Below the pieces are notes generated by a model that saw nothing but the letters and a program-made list of their open reading frames with translations, did not search any database and was not told the DNA's origin. A stretch of DNA of 62,866 nt, from positions 1 through 62,866 of IMG/VR virus record IMGVR_UViG_3300047586_000083. One strand, written 5' to 3'. The position numbers and the translations under genes are program-made. The DNA is from a virus. This document shows positions 53,318 through 62,358 of the stretch, piece by piece. The stretch's first letter is position 1, and the number at the start of each line of letters is the position of its first letter.

Positions 53318-55623
53318 ATTGCCTCCTCATTATGAAGTGGATTGGCAGGCCTTTGTTTCAGCAAAGCATCCGCCGTCTCATCAGTTGATGCCATTGGGTT
53401 GTTATTGATCTGGGACAGCCACACCTGCCGTAACTGCGGGCCGTTCATATCTTTGTATGTGGTGACATTTCGTACTGCCCAAAGGTTGACCTTGTCATCA
53501 TTCCCAACCCTCATTCGCCCAAGGTTGAGATAACCAAGACGGGCGAAGGCATTGGCTATCTCTTTGGGGTTGACCCGGAGGTTGAATTTGCTTAGAGGTT
53601 CCACCAGCGTACTGGTGCTATGAAGATCCCACCGGAATGGATACTCACACGTATCAACATGCTCATAGATGAACGCATCCAGCGGCATCATAGACTGCAT
53701 AATCAGCGCCCGCTTTCCCTCGGTCATCGGCGCATGGGCCTTAGGTAGGAATCCTTCCAGGCTTACCTCGTGCCGTAGGAAGTAGAGCAGGGCCGGGCCG
53801 TTCTGCCGCGTCCAATCGAACAGCGGGCCATAGTAGGCATTACGTTCCGGGTGTGGCGCGGAATTGCTCTTGAGGATGCAGTAGCGCCGATCAGTGGAGT
53901 CAATTATCAAACTGTCCCGATGGTTACTGAAGAAAAGGAAGTTGAAGCGGTTCGGTTGTTCATATGGAGGGCGGTACATCTCCCGAATCATGCACCATGA
54001 CTCAGTAATCATTGGCTTCAACTTGTTCATGAGTTCCAACCGTTGCCGCGCCATCATCTCTTCCACCACAATCAACTGAGTGTTCCGTTGCCACTGCGTG
54101 AATGTCTCGTGCAATTGATCGTTATGGACCATCTTGACGTTGTGTGGCCCTAGGACCATCCGCATCACAACGCCAAAGTAACTCTTGCCATTGCCCTGCT
54201 CACCCTCCAACAGGAGCGCCCAATGTACCTTCTCACCAGGATGCTGGACCTGATACGCGAGGTACTGAAGAAGTATCCGGCCTTCCTCGGATAGTTCGGC
54301 CTTGGACCCTTCGGGCGTGGGGAACAGGTAGCGTACATGGTCCAGGAAGGGCCGGGTGTCGCCCGGCGCGGCAACGATGCCGGCGCTGCGCCAATAGTTG
54401 AGTTTCTCCTGCCCAACTTCTTGAACATATAACTCTTTCTCAGGCCAATAGGTAACGCCATCCACCAACTTGAAGTTGGGATTCTTCAGGACATGCTCCG
54501 AAGGACGGCCACGCGAAAAGAACCGGGCGAACATGGCATTGAACTGCTCCACATCCCACTCCAGCAATCGCGTGGTCTCGACAAACCGCTTTATCGAAGC
54601 GGCATAGCACCAATTACCTCGAAACTCTTCCGCATCCGCCGCTTCTATGTCGAAGCCACGGAAACCGTTTTCTTTGGCGAAGTGAAAGATGCTACCGCCC
54701 GTCACGCCCTTGTCTGTGAAGCTGTTCCATTGGACCTGCATCACCTTCGAGTCATACTTATCGGGCGCTTTCCGTGACCAGTCATCCCAAGCCTTGAACC
54801 CGAGTTTGTCACCCAATTCTTTCTTGAGCGCCGCGCCAACCTTCCACCATGTTTCGCGGTCACAGTCGGAAGGGATGAAGTCCAACAGCCGCACCAATTG
54901 CTCTCCAGTTAGCTTGGTTGCCTCTTTCTTCTTGGCATCCTCGATGACTTCCTCTTGAAGCGAGTCCTGCGAGATGTCCACATGAGATACCATGCACCGG
55001 CGCTCCAGCCACTTCGGCATATCGGCAATCTTCAGGGCCGGGTCCGTCAGCCAACGGTAGCGCCCGCCCGATAGATGGTTGCTTGGAGGCAGGATCACAT
55101 ACCCACCCGAGCCACGGATGTCTATGTCCAAGGCAACTTTGCCGGCGCTGTTGGAGATTACCTTGGTGGTAAGGAAGTAATAATGACGCCCGCCGCTGCC
55201 TGTCTCTACCATCCGCGTGTCCGGCAACGCGCCGTGTTCGGGCTTGTTGGGTGCCTCTTCCTCTCTTATACGGGCTAAGGACTCGGTGCCTACCTTCTGC
55301 CCAACTACAGCGCCCGTTTTATCGCGCTTCGGGCCATCGTCAATGTCCATTACCATTAGGCCGCCATGGCCCGTAGCTAGTCCAATATTGGCATATGGGG
55401 ATTCCGTCCACCATTGACGCACTTGCGCTTCATCTGTGGTAGCATCACATACACCATTTTTCGTGGATGGATGTTTACCAATTCGCTTGCACGGATGACC
55501 AGGGCGCGGACGGCAGGAGCACCCGCCATCCTTCAGGACATAGAACAGAGGGAAGACCCGCATGCCCGCGCGGGCGTATTCGAGCGCCGCAGAGAGATTA
55601 CCGGCTGGCGTTGACATTGGCAC
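53314..55623 (-). CDS. Bifunctional primase-polymerase / D5-P4-type SF3 helicase
   Basis: Prim-pol 'GLATGHGGLMVMDIDD', 'GSGGRHYYF', 'GGYVILPPSNH'. Helicase Walker A 'LEGEQGNGKSYF', Walker B 'LIVVEEM'. Confidence 0.85.
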   Translation of the reverse strand: MPMSTPAGNLSAALEYARAGMRVFPLFYVLKDGGCSCRPRPGHPCKRIGKHPSTKNGVCDATTDEAQVRQWWTESPYANIGLATGHGGLMVMDIDDGPKRDKTGAVVGQKVGTESLARIREEEAPNKPEHGALPDTRMVETGSGGRHYYFLTTKVISNSAGKVALDIDIRGSGGYVILPPSNHLSGGRYRWLTDPALKIADMPKWLERRCMVSHVDISQDSLQEEVIEDAKKKEATKLTGEQLVRLLDFIPSDCDRETWWKVGAALKKELGDKLGFKAWDDWSRKAPDKYDSKVMQVQWNSFTDKGVTGGSIFHFAKENGFRGFDIEAADAEEFRGNWCYAASIKRFVETTRLLEWDVEQFNAMFARFFSRGRPSEHVLKNPNFKLVDGVTYWPEKELYVQEVGQEKLNYWRSAGIVAAPGDTRPFLDHVRYLFPTPEGSKAELSEEGRILLQYLAYQVQHPGEKVHWALLLEGEQGNGKSYFGVVMRMVLGPHNVKMVHNDQLHETFTQWQRNTQLIVVEEMMARQRLELMNKLKPMITESWCMIREMYRPPYEQPNRFNFLFFSNHRDSLIIDSTDRRYCILKSNSAPHPERNAYYGPLFDWTRQNGPALLYFLRHEVSLEGFLPKAHAPMTEGKRALIMQSMMPLDAFIYEHVDTCEYPFRWDLHSTSTLVEPLSKFNLRVNPKEIANAFARLGYLNLGRMRVGNDDKVNLWAVRNVTTYKDMNGPQLRQVWLSQINNNPMASTDETADALLKQRPANPLHNEEAM

Positions 55624-55780
55624 TCTCCATTCCCTTTAGCAGCCAGTCACGCAGCGTGGCCGTAGCGGTTTGCTTCAACCCATCATGGCGTGTAGTACGG
55701 CGCGCAGCAGTGGTCGCCCGGCGCACTACCTCTTCAGGAAGTTGTATGGATACCTGTTTCACTTTAACTGTCGCTTTCAT
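55598..55780 (-). CDS. Ribbon-helix-helix (CopG/Arc-like) DNA-binding protein
   Basis: 60 aa, 'KQVSIQLPEEVVRRA...TLRDWLLKG'. Confidence 0.45.
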   Translation of the reverse strand: MKATVKVKQVSIQLPEEVVRRATTAARRTTRHDGLKQTATATLRDWLLKGMESANVNASR

Positions 55781-56252
55781 TGGTCACCCATTCTGGTACG
55801 TTATCATAATTGCTGGTTGATTTTTGCTGGCTGTAATAGGACAGTTCCCACTCTCGCTGGGATAGGTAGCGCCCGGTGTAGGGGCAGCGGTGAGAGAGGG
55901 TTGGATTGAACTCATTGCTGGTGAGTAATAGGTTGCACCAGCAGCAGTTCAATTTGTCGAAGTCCATGTGGTGGATGATTTCATCCGGCAGCAGCGCCCG
56001 GCCCGCCACCCTCTCCACCACCAGCCTATGGGCACGAGCGCCGCGCCGGATCGGGCTGTTGCGTTTTCGGCTGGTATATATAAGGTAGCCTTTGTTGTGG
56101 ATTGACCACCCTCGGGTTGGCAGAAAATTGGGTAGCCTTACAACTCTTCCTCCCACGAGAAACACATTTGTCCGTTCCAAAGTATCCGGTTGATGCGCTT
56201 CCACACCAGCCACAACGTGGCTTGAAATTGTGGGGCAGGCAGTTTGTAACAT
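55764..56252 (-). CDS. HNH endonuclease (start uncertain)
   Basis: 'AHRLVVERVAGRALLPDEIIHHMDFDKLNCCWCNLLL'. The ORF overlaps both neighbours. Confidence 0.7.
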   Translation of the reverse strand: MLQTACPTISSHVVAGVEAHQPDTLERTNVFLVGGRVVRLPNFLPTRGWSIHNKGYLIYTSRKRNSPIRRGARAHRLVVERVAGRALLPDEIIHHMDFDKLNCCWCNLLLTSNEFNPTLSHRCPYTGRYLSQREWELSYYSQQKSTSNYDNVPEWVTNESDS

Positions 56253-56758
56253 TCAGCAGCACTCCTAAAATGGTCAGAGATGATTGGGTATTCACTAGCT
56301 TTGACTAATGCTTCCCGACGCAAGACCAACCGTTGAGCGCACCAGGCACCCAGCATATGTCCATCCACAGTTACCCAACGGTTGTCGCGAGAGTCTAAGG
56401 TGTTGTGATAGAAGGCGGTGACTTTGCGGCCGCGCAATGTATCCTTTATAGGAGCGCCGCGCAGGAGAGCCAGCGCCTTGGTGCGGTTCGGCGTATAGGA
56501 GATGACCTTTGTATGTTCAGGGAACCGGCCATCTACAATCCCGAGACAAGTGTCCAAGGCACGATAGGTTGACTTCTCAGAGTTGTTCGGAGAGAGGGCA
56601 CAGAATGCCGCCACCACGGCTGTAAGCGGTAGCGCCGCGCCGTCAGCACGACGTTCCAACTTCATTCGCTGGCGATCATAATACTGTTGCCCGTCAATGA
56701 GTTCCCAAGGGCGGGCTTGGGTGAACACCCGTAGTAAGTTGTCTGCGCTTCCTCGCAT
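56138..56758 (-). CDS. Hypothetical protein, first gene of the minus arm
   Basis: 206-aa ORF. 'AAFCALSPNNSEKSTYRAL' and 'VTVDGHMLGAW' look like a conserved phage family I cannot name. Confidence 0.5.
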   Translation of the reverse strand: MRGSADNLLRVFTQARPWELIDGQQYYDRQRMKLERRADGAALPLTAVVAAFCALSPNNSEKSTYRALDTCLGIVDGRFPEHTKVISYTPNRTKALALLRGAPIKDTLRGRKVTAFYHNTLDSRDNRWVTVDGHMLGAWCAQRLVLRREALVKASEYPIISDHFRSAAECYKLPAPQFQATLWLVWKRINRILWNGQMCFSWEEEL

Positions 56759-56770
56759 CTCCGTCTATTA

Positions 56771-56790
56771 TTACTCTAAATTTAGAGTAA
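56771..56790. promoter_or_regulatory. Perfect 20-bp palindrome (operator candidate) in the divergent early control region
   Basis: TTACTCTAAATTTAGAGTAA equals its own reverse complement. It lies 13 nt from the minus-arm ATG (56758) and 107 nt from the plus-arm ATG (56897). Confidence 0.7.
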
Positions 56791-56896
56791 AGGACGCGGG
56801 AATCTAAATGGGTGTTCAATGACCAAGAATCGTTCACTTTGACCAATGTAGACTCCCTCTTCCCTTTTCATTCAGGATGGAGTATAACATAAAGGT

Positions 56897-57508
56897 ATGG
56901 CAATTGATATCAGCAAAGACACCGCCACCATCGTTAGCGCCAAGAACGTCGCAGCAGTGGTTGAGCAGGCCCGCCTGTTGATGAAGCTGGAAATTGAGAT
57001 TGCTCGTTTGGAAACTGCCCTGAAGGAAAAGAAGACAGCCCATAACCTTTTGGCCACCGAGACGCTACCGGGTCTGATGGACTCCGCTGGCATTGAGGGT
57101 CTTCCCTTACGGCATGGATACGAGCTAGAATTGAAGAAGGTGTTGCGTGCATCTCTTCCAGCCAAGTCCACCATCGAGAATGCGGATGAAGAAGAGCAGC
57201 CCATGTTGATCCGTCGGTTCAAGGACGGTCTGGCGTGGCTGCGAAAGCACAAGGCCCAGGACATCATTCGCAACACGCTCAAAATCGACCTAGGGAAAGG
57301 ACAAGACCGCGAAACACGCGAGATACTGGCGTTGGCCAAAAGGCTGAAGGTGCCGGTGGATCGCTCCGAGACGGTACACCCTGCCTCTTTGTCTAGCTTT
57401 CTCCGAGAGAGGCTGGCCAACGGCGCAGAGGTTCCGTTTGAAACATTCGGCGTATTCAACGGCAGAGAAGCCAAGATCAAACCGCCCAAGAAGGGCAAGG
57501 AGAGTTAA
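56897..57508 (+). CDS. Hypothetical coiled-coil protein, first gene of the plus arm
   Basis: 203 aa. N-terminal helix 'EQARLLMKLEIEIARLETALKEKK'. Confidence 0.5.
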   Translation: MAIDISKDTATIVSAKNVAAVVEQARLLMKLEIEIARLETALKEKKTAHNLLATETLPGLMDSAGIEGLPLRHGYELELKKVLRASLPAKSTIENADEEEQPMLIRRFKDGLAWLRKHKAQDIIRNTLKIDLGKGQDRETREILALAKRLKVPVDRSETVHPASLSSFLRERLANGAEVPFETFGVFNGREAKIKPPKKGKES

Positions 57509-57513
57509 GCATC

Positions 57514-58461
57514 ATGGGGAAGATTGACCCGAAGAAACGCGCACCAGCACCAACCAAGGCTGACGCGCCCGCCAAGAAGCCTATCATTACTCCGGCACCG
57601 CCCAATCGCGCCATAGCCCGGCGCGGCCCGGCACCGGGTGAAGAAACCGCCGTGGCCTTGCGCCCGGCCATCGATGAACTGCTGTTCGCCGATGCCGGCA
57701 GCGGCATGGAAGGGATGAAGCAGGAAGATTTTGCCATACCTCGATTGGCGATTCTTCAGGCCCTTTCTCCGCAAGTCAACAAGCGGGATGAGAACTACAT
57801 CGAGGGCGCTGAAGCCGGTATGATCTATGACAACGTCAGCGGCAATCTGTACGATGGCCAGGAAGGTATCCTGTTGGTGGTGGTATCCTATCGGCGGGCG
57901 CACCTTCAGTGGTGGCCGCGCGACAGCAACAAGGGCAAGGGATTCATCAAGGATTGGGGTGCTGATCCCAGCATCCTCAACCAGACCACTCGCAGCGACA
58001 AAGGCGCCAACCTTCTAAAGGACGGCAGCGAGATTGTCGCCACGGCGGAATACTTCGCCTTCCTGGTGGATGAAGCCACGGGCGATTTTGACCGCGTGCT
58101 GGTGGCTATGAACAAGACGCAGATGATCAAAGCCAAGAAGTTCAACACCATCGCGTCTTCCCTCATGGTCCAGGTTAGCGGGCAACCTCGGCAAGCGCCG
58201 TTGTTCTTCCGGGCCTATCGCTTCAAGACCAAACCCGAGTCCAACGACAAGGGCAATTGGTTCGGGTGGGAGATTGTGCCCGCCCAGGCGCTGCTGGTGA
58301 ATGACATGGGCATGGAAGTTCTGCCCTATGGGGAAAGGTTGTACTTGGAGGCACGGGCCTTCCGGCAGCAGGTCCTCACGGGTGGCGTCAAGGTTGCCGC
58401 GCCGATGGAAGACGGGCACATTGGCGCGAGTGCTGGCGCATCGGACGACGCCCCGATGTAG
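57514..58461 (+). CDS. Hypothetical protein (possible ssDNA-binding/recombination role, from context only)
   Basis: 315 aa. Basic Pro/Ala N-terminus, 'FAIPRLAILQALSPQ', 'GNWFGWEI', acidic C-terminus. Confidence 0.45.
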   Translation: MGKIDPKKRAPAPTKADAPAKKPIITPAPPNRAIARRGPAPGEETAVALRPAIDELLFADAGSGMEGMKQEDFAIPRLAILQALSPQVNKRDENYIEGAEAGMIYDNVSGNLYDGQEGILLVVVSYRRAHLQWWPRDSNKGKGFIKDWGADPSILNQTTRSDKGANLLKDGSEIVATAEYFAFLVDEATGDFDRVLVAMNKTQMIKAKKFNTIASSLMVQVSGQPRQAPLFFRAYRFKTKPESNDKGNWFGWEIVPAQALLVNDMGMEVLPYGERLYLEARAFRQQVLTGGVKVAAPMEDGHIGASAGASDDAPM

Positions 58462-58475
58462 GCTGGCACCAGCAG

Positions 58476-58512
58476 GAGCGCCCGCCCGGACAGGGTGGCT
58501 GGGTGGGCGCTC
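58476..58512 (+). terminator. Hairpin after gene 57514..58461
   Basis: gagcgccc/gggcgctc 8-bp stem (58476-58483/58505-58512). No U tract. Confidence 0.3.
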
Positions 58513-58567
58513 TATGCGGTAAGCCACCCGAGAGATTCAGACAAATTCAGGTAAGGAGATCACAGTC

Positions 58568-58960
58568 ATGGATAGCGAAGGACAAGAAGTTACCACGGCG
58601 GTGCCCGAGACTCAGGCACCCGCTAAGAAGAAGGTTAAGAAGACCGCGCCGAAGAAACCGGCCAAGAAGGCCATCAAGAAGGCTGCCGCGAAGAAACCGG
58701 CCAAGAAGGCTGCCAGCGGAGAGCACAAGGGCCGGCAGAGCGCCTATAACGGACGGCGGATCATTCGGGCCAAGGCTGATGAAGAGACGGGCCTGCGCAA
58801 GACGGGCCGGGTGAGGGAATGCTGGGATGCCATCCCCAAGGGCACGCGCGGCATCTTGTTCAAGGATTACCGTGTGGCCGCCGGCAAGAACAACTACGGC
58901 CTGGCGCGGCTGGCGCTGGCCGGGTTCCTGAAGAAGGGAATCGCCAAGCTGCTGAAGTAG
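58568..58960 (+). CDS. Histone H1/AlgP-like Lys/Ala-rich DNA-binding protein
   Basis: 'APAKKKVKKTAPKKPAKKAIKKAAAKKPAKKAAS' followed by an ~80-aa globular domain. SD AAGGAG. Confidence 0.55.
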   Translation: MDSEGQEVTTAVPETQAPAKKKVKKTAPKKPAKKAIKKAAAKKPAKKAASGEHKGRQSAYNGRRIIRAKADEETGLRKTGRVRECWDAIPKGTRGILFKDYRVAAGKNNYGLARLALAGFLKKGIAKLLK

Positions 58961-58981
58961 AGCGCCGGCAACCGGACTACC

Positions 58982-59035
58982 GGCGCGGCAAACGGTCACC
59001 GCCAAAGTGGCTGCTGCCGCGCCGGATCTTTCTTA
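58982..59035 (+). terminator. Candidate intrinsic terminator
   Basis: ggcgcggca/tgccgcgcc 9-bp stem (58982-58990/59015-59023), then ggatctttctt. Confidence 0.45.
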
Positions 59036-59046
59036 GTGGAGGAATC

Positions 59047-59274
59047 ATGAGCCATACCATCATCACCGCCCATCAGCATGGGTTCCGTCCTGGTGACGTT
59101 GTGCGTATTACCGGCATCGCAGGCAAGCCCGCGTCCTATCGCGTCACGGCTGTTCAAGATCACCGGATGACCCTGCGGCCCGCCCGCTGGTACGTTAGAC
59201 TATGGGGAGCGGTACGGCGGGCCGGGCGCTGGTTGCGGCGCATGGCCAACCACCTGCGGGAGATTGGGAAATGA
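59047..59274 (+). CDS. Hypothetical small basic protein
   Basis: 75 aa, SD GGAGG 5 nt upstream. Confidence 0.5.
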   Translation: MSHTIITAHQHGFRPGDVVRITGIAGKPASYRVTAVQDHRMTLRPARWYVRLWGAVRRAGRWLRRMANHLREIGK

Positions 59275-60251
59275 ACAATTACAAGCACGTCATTGTTGGC
59301 GCCGGTATCGGCGGGCTATCGTTCGCCGCAGAATTGAAGCGGATGGGCTGTAATGACTTTGTCATCCTGGAACGTCAGCCGGACATCCCTTTCAACCTCT
59401 ACAACGGAGTCCACTATCTTCACGGCATTGACTTCGTTACACCCTTTCCATTCAACTTCGTGGAAGTCCCGAGCACCGAGCAGATCTGGAATCCCAAGCG
59501 GGATGAGTTCAAGGACCGCGCCAGCCTGCCCGAGATGCTGGAGTATTCCCTCAAGTTGATGAACATTCGTCATACTTCGGCAATCATGCATCCCGGCAAC
59601 CGTATGTGGCCCACCTATCTGCCGGAGAGTCACGACCTGAATGACCTTCTGCGCGCCTATCGGGATTACATCGGCTTTGTCCATTTCCAATTCAACGCGC
59701 CAGTGGCATGGATCAACCCGGAAGGGCGGTTGCTGGAAGCGGGAACCCGAACGCAGTACAGTTACCAGCATATGGTAACTACTATGCCGCTGGACTTCCT
59801 TCGGGAACTAACGCCAACGCTTTCCCCCACCCTCCAAGGAATCACCTTCCAGAAACGCGCCATCCACATCACCAACTACATTACCACTGGAATAGTGCGC
59901 AATTGGCGCATTCAGTTGTATGTGGCTGATGCTCAGTTTCCTGTCTATCGCATTACGGTTCTGAACGGCATCCTCTCGATGGAATCCCTGCAGGCGCTCT
60001 CTGTCGAGGATGAAGTTATCATCCGGTACCATCTCCAACGCTACTTTGAGTATGAACTCAGTAGCAAGTCCACCTATATCTGGCCAACTGGCCGGATCTG
60101 GGGCATCACCAAAGAGGAACGCCGAACGATAACTGCAGAACTGGCCACTGCTGGTATCTATCCACTAGGAAGATTTGGCCAATGGGATGGCAAGATGAAC
60201 ATGGACACTACCATCCAATCAGCAATCCAACTCGCAAAGGAAATGGCATGA
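59271..60251 (+). CDS. FAD/NAD(P)-binding flavoprotein (UDP-galactopyranose mutase / amine-oxidase-like fold)
   Basis: 'HVIVGAGIGGLSFAAEL' dinucleotide fold. C-terminal 'GRFGQWDGKMNMDTTIQSAIQLA'. ATGA coupling. Confidence 0.6.
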   Translation: MNNYKHVIVGAGIGGLSFAAELKRMGCNDFVILERQPDIPFNLYNGVHYLHGIDFVTPFPFNFVEVPSTEQIWNPKRDEFKDRASLPEMLEYSLKLMNIRHTSAIMHPGNRMWPTYLPESHDLNDLLRAYRDYIGFVHFQFNAPVAWINPEGRLLEAGTRTQYSYQHMVTTMPLDFLRELTPTLSPTLQGITFQKRAIHITNYITTGIVRNWRIQLYVADAQFPVYRITVLNGILSMESLQALSVEDEVIIRYHLQRYFEYELSSKSTYIWPTGRIWGITKEERRTITAELATAGIYPLGRFGQWDGKMNMDTTIQSAIQLAKEMA

Positions 60252-61081
60252 ACATAAGACTGATCACATACACACCGCAGCCGGAAAAGTCAATTGCCGC
60301 TGCGATGCTCAATATGGGAATTGGGTTTGACTGTACGGATCTTGACCAGATTTCGGATGCTCAAGCCCAAGACGCGCTGCGGGAGATATTCGCCAGTCAC
60401 CTAGACGCGCCGCTGGAATACGCCAGCTTCAACTTCTTTTGGGAAGACATCCCGCTATTCCTCCGGGCGCACCTGGTACGGCATCGCGTGGGGTGGGGCT
60501 TTGCGGAACGTTCGCTGCGGTTCTATGATGCCAATCTGCGGAACCCGGTTGAGCATTTTGACTTTGCCGCCATCCCTACGGTACGGGATGTGCCGGCCCG
60601 GAACCCGGTGCTGGGCGGGCGCTCGATTGCCTCTCTCTTCCATTCCGAGATGGAACGGCAGATGGAATTTTACCGCCTGATGCTGGAGGAAGGTATCGAC
60701 CAGCAGGACGCCCGCACCCTCATTGGCACCTGGTATCCCACGGCCATGCAGACAACCTGCACCTATCGGGCGCTTAGGGCTATGCTTGCTGACCGGCTGA
60801 GCAGTCAGGCGCATCCCTTCTGGCAGCAGGCAGCCCTCCAGATCAAGGCCCTAGTCACCCGTGTAGCGCCCGCCCTAGGCGCGGCCCTGGTAGACTCGTG
60901 CGAGATACACCAACGGTGCGTTTGGAACTCCCGGTTGGATCGGCAATGCGATGCCTGCGTGGCGAGAGGTAGAAAGAAGGCCCATGAACATATCTGGGAC
61001 CGCGCCACTACGCTTGGCGAGAATACCCAATGCGCCTGCGGCACGATGCGACCCAAGCTGCTATCGGACGGAAGGCGGTGA
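60248..61081 (+). CDS. thyX: ThyX-like flavin-dependent thymidylate synthase homologue with a Cys-rich C-terminal tail
   Basis: 'APLEYASFNF', 'LRAHLVRHRVGWGFAERSLRFY' (RHR-x8-S-x-R-F). Tail 'CEIHQRC...CDAC...CAC'. Confidence 0.55.
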   Translation: MNIRLITYTPQPEKSIAAAMLNMGIGFDCTDLDQISDAQAQDALREIFASHLDAPLEYASFNFFWEDIPLFLRAHLVRHRVGWGFAERSLRFYDANLRNPVEHFDFAAIPTVRDVPARNPVLGGRSIASLFHSEMERQMEFYRLMLEEGIDQQDARTLIGTWYPTAMQTTCTYRALRAMLADRLSSQAHPFWQQAALQIKALVTRVAPALGAALVDSCEIHQRCVWNSRLDRQCDACVARGRKKAHEHIWDRATTLGENTQCACGTMRPKLLSDGRR

Positions 61082-61566
61082 CCATTGTGATTCCTCAAGT
61101 ATTGGAAACGCACCAAACGTTCGCTCTCAACCTTCGGCCTGCGGCCGGCATCCTAGACATGGACGGCTGCTTGACGGAATGCATACCGGGTTTGTTCATG
61201 AACTGGGATGACATCGCAGAAAGCACGCACATCATGAATGCCTCTCCACCCAACCACCCGCTACTGAACTTGACACGCGTGCTACTCGGGTCAAGACGGC
61301 TGACGGTGATTGTGATGACGGCGCGGCCTGAGCGATACAGGTTGATTACTGTGGAATGGCTTCAACGGTATGGCGTGGTGCCGGACTTCCTACTGATGCG
61401 GGCGAATGATGATGTGCGGCCCGATAAGGAAGTCAAGCGGAGTCACCTGGTGGCCATTCGAGAGCATCATGACATCTGGTTCTCTGTCGAGGATCGGGCT
61501 GGCGTGGTAAAGATGTGGCGCGAGGAAGGCATCACTTGCCTCCAATGCGCAGAAGGGAACTATTGA
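61078..61566 (+). CDS. HAD-superfamily phosphatase / nucleotidase
   Basis: GTG 61078 (GTGA overlap, GGAAGG upstream). 'ILDMDGCL', 'VIVMTARPE', 'K...', 'SVEDRAGVV'. Confidence 0.6.
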   Translation: MTIVIPQVLETHQTFALNLRPAAGILDMDGCLTECIPGLFMNWDDIAESTHIMNASPPNHPLLNLTRVLLGSRRLTVIVMTARPERYRLITVEWLQRYGVVPDFLLMRANDDVRPDKEVKRSHLVAIREHHDIWFSVEDRAGVVKMWREEGITCLQCAEGNY

Positions 61567-61567
61567 C

Positions 61568-62104
61568 ATGGACAGAATCAATCAGGTGGATGTGTCCACC
61601 CTGTATTACTGCATCGGCACGCTTTGCTTTGGCTGTCGAAATGGCATTGACGTTCATCCAAATGGATCAGGCGGATTGGTGCATGATAATGGGTATGGCA
61701 TGTGCTCCTTGGCGCTCCTAAGAGAGGCACAGCCGCAGGCATTCGCGGATCACCAGAAGATTGCCCGCTACAACGCCAAGGCAATAGTGCCCTCCGTCCT
61801 TCAGCAACCTACACCCGAGTATCAAGAGGATCAGCGGGCCATCTGGGCATGTGTCATCGAGGATATGCGACACCGGGATGCCTTCGGCGCTCGGAAGTAT
61901 GGCACCCGGCTGCAAGCCTTCAATGGGCGTGACCCCATCATCGATGCCTATCAGGAAGCCTTGGACCTGGTGGTGTACCTGAAGCAGTTGTTCATAGAAC
62001 GCGCCAGGGCAATTAGGCTGCTAGAGGGTTTGACTATTGCAGAACCTGACAGCAGAAGCCGTGCCATCGACCTTGTCCTAAACATTCTGAAGGGAACCCA
62101 ATGA
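61568..62104 (+). CDS. Protein with a C-terminal MazG-related (dATP/dGTP pyrophosphohydrolase-like) helical domain
   Basis: 'MRHRDAFGARKYGTRLQAFNGRDPIIDAYQEALDLVVYLKQL'. N-terminal Cys-containing region. Confidence 0.5.
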   Translation: MDRINQVDVSTLYYCIGTLCFGCRNGIDVHPNGSGGLVHDNGYGMCSLALLREAQPQAFADHQKIARYNAKAIVPSVLQQPTPEYQEDQRAIWACVIEDMRHRDAFGARKYGTRLQAFNGRDPIIDAYQEALDLVVYLKQLFIERARAIRLLEGLTIAEPDSRSRAIDLVLNILKGTQ

Positions 62105-62358
62105 CCGGCGCCAAGTTTGTCCGGTTCAAGCGCCCCGAGACGGGCGGTGTGGATGAGCCAACCATCTTCATCAACACCGCTCTCATCACGCATGCTGCTT
62201 TCAATGGCCCGCCCACAGCCCGCCGTTGTACCCTGCTGCTGGTTAACCACCGGGACTGGCCACCAGCTTATATCACCATTGACTACGATCCAGCGAGTGT
62301 GTCCCGGTTGGAGAATATCCTATCTGAGGGGTACTATCATGAGAATTACCAATGCTGA
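62101..62358 (+). CDS. Hypothetical protein
   Basis: 85 aa, ATGA overlap. Confidence 0.45.
   Translation: MTGAKFVRFKRPETGGVDEPTIFINTALITHAAFNGPPTARRCTLLLVNHRDWPPAYITIDYDPASVSRLENILSEGYYHENYQC

Noticed and set aside
56872-57498. 208-aa ORF antisense to the first plus-arm gene
   Set aside because: It would have to start inside the neighbouring gene and run into the divergent control region. Its Ser/Arg-rich composition is spurious-looking.
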